DNA from: Takakia lepidozioides
Taxonomy: Eukaryota > Plantae > Bryophyta
Length of the DNA stretch: 64,000 nt
Direction of reading: 5' to 3'
Assembly: GCA_030704615.1 (NCBI GenBank)
Contig: CM060732.1
Location: 80,042,001 to 80,106,000, forward strand
Shown here: in pieces, positions 62,360 to 64,000 of the stretch
How the letters are laid out: each line of letters starts with the position of its first letter
How positions within the stretch are numbered: the stretch's first letter is position 1
Position numbers and translations under genes: made by a program
Notes under the pieces: model-generated
The model's database searches: none
What the model was told of the DNA's origin: nothing
Seen by the model: only the letters and a program-made list of their open reading frames with translations

Positions 62360-64000
62360 TCTTAAGAAGGAGGAACCTGCCTCAGCTGAGACTCAGACGA
62401 GATGGCAACAAGGTTAGGCACAGAACCCCTGATAGCACCAAAAGATTGGATCAAAGTGTTTCTTCCGGATGCAAAAGAAATAGAAAAGGGACCAGATTCA
62501 AGCATGCTGTTGATTTAGACTTGGGGCCTTGGAGAGAATGACAGAAAAAAGGGAGACGAAAGAAGTGCACACCAGATCCAGTCCTGGATATCCAGTACCC
62601 CAACTTTGTATGCTAATTTTGGAGGGCATTTTCATTTTCCCATGGGACCAGAGGAGGAGGTGGCTTTTGCTCATCATACTCTTCTATCCCGCCCCACAAT
62701 ATCTGTAATACAATCATTTTTGGGTTGCCTTACAACATACACCCTCATTATCCCTATTGCAAAGTGTAACCCAAACTTGTTAAGTATGAGCATTTGCTGC
62801 ACCATGATCTACTAAATGCAAGGGTTGTGCAAGAACATACATTTTGACAATCTCCCTTTTCTTGTCTTTGCCACTGAGACGTATGTGCAAGCTATGTTGT
62901 CCAATTCACAGGGATTCAAGCATGCCTTCCTGTTTTGGAATTCCCGTGTTAGTTTTTAGTGTCCCTCTTTGCTCAACGTTCCAGCTTTGGTTTTTCCCTG
63001 TGGCTCAATACCTCGCATGTCACCCCCAAGAAGTTCTGAGTGGATACCTGTAGGGCGTCATATCAGAATGTTCAGAAACAGCACGACTCATCCAGTCTTC
63101 ACAAACTTTTAGAGCTAACAGTTTCATGAAGTTGCAGTTGATCCCACTATGCATTGTTAAGTAGGTTCCTGCTTTGCATTTTTTTCTATTCTGTTCAAGC
63201 TTTGGTCATCCTTTGAAGTTCCTGGTCCTTGTCTTTGTATGGTTCATCTTAGTCCTCATTTTATCCCTCAGAAAGTACTCTCATTTGATTGCTAGAGCTT
63301 TTCTACCCCCCCACCGGAGGAAAGACGATTGCAACTGTTCCAAAAAAATTCACACCAGGAAACTTGACTTCCACAGCCCCCATGGGCAGCCCAAGGGCCA
63401 TAGGAGACATAAGAATGACACCGAACAACAAGATGATCTCGAAGAATGATTCAAATCCCCAATGTTGCACAGCAGATAATTAAAACTACTTTACAAGAGA
63501 AATAAAATGAAATGGCACTCCAGAGCTGAGGGCCCTCGACAAGCAGCCCAAAACACAAGCAGCCCAAAAAAAGGAGACTAAAAGATACTACAGTTCAACT
63601 CACCATTAAAAAGTGAATGGTCACTATAGTAGAAAGTGGAAGTAACTAAATAGATCGTAGAGATCTAAACACTAGGACCTTAATGTCTAATCTTGGGGGT
63701 GAAGCCAGTAGTCGACATCAAGAACATCACATCAAGAACATCAAGAGTACGATAGTGGTTTCTATGATTGGATTGGAGAGCTTAAACTTTAGCTATCAAT
63801 TCTAACATGGTCTTAGGGCCATTCTTCTCTAGGTGAGAGTTTGTGGTTGAGTTGAGAGAATTTAATCATGGCTGAAGTATCATCTTCTGGCAATCCTGCT
63901 CAAATGTCTGTTACCACTACATTAGACGTGAGAATAGAAAATCAGTTCAATGGAACTAACAATCAAACCTATAATTTTGGAATAGAGATGGTCCTTCTAG

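Noticed and set aside
62770-62820. Minus-strand SWCSKCSYL resembling a WCxxC thioredoxin site
   Set aside because: Too short, flanked by stops, and no further thioredoxin similarity is visible.

Overview
Eukaryotic land-plant genomic DNA (spliced genes, PPR, CYP704B and pectinesterase sequence; probably a non-seed plant such as a bryophyte, which is an inference). The left half (1 to ~35 kb) is a nest of transposable elements. A Mutator-like (MULE) element carries a SWIM-type transposase and a convergent spliced Ulp1 protease gene, and is interrupted by a non-autonomous CACTA element (1589-5793, TSD CAC). Next is a degenerate Ty3/Gypsy-type retroelement on the minus strand whose polyprotein reads gag - protease - DNMT3-like C5 cytosine methyltransferase - RT - RNase H - integrase - PHD finger, with an unknown extra ORF upstream. 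Its PHD finger is split by a young, intact chromovirus (15092-22063, 724-bp LTRs, TSD CTGCC). A patch of captured gene fragments ending in a Helitron-like terminus and a hAT MITE follow. The right half holds ordinary host genes: an ABCG half-transporter, a TPR-SET-MYND (SMYD4-like) gene, a CYP704B-like P450, a CCR4-like EEP nuclease and a frameshifted BTB/POZ gene. The most notable item is the retrotransposon that encodes both a DNA methyltransferase and a histone-reader PHD finger.
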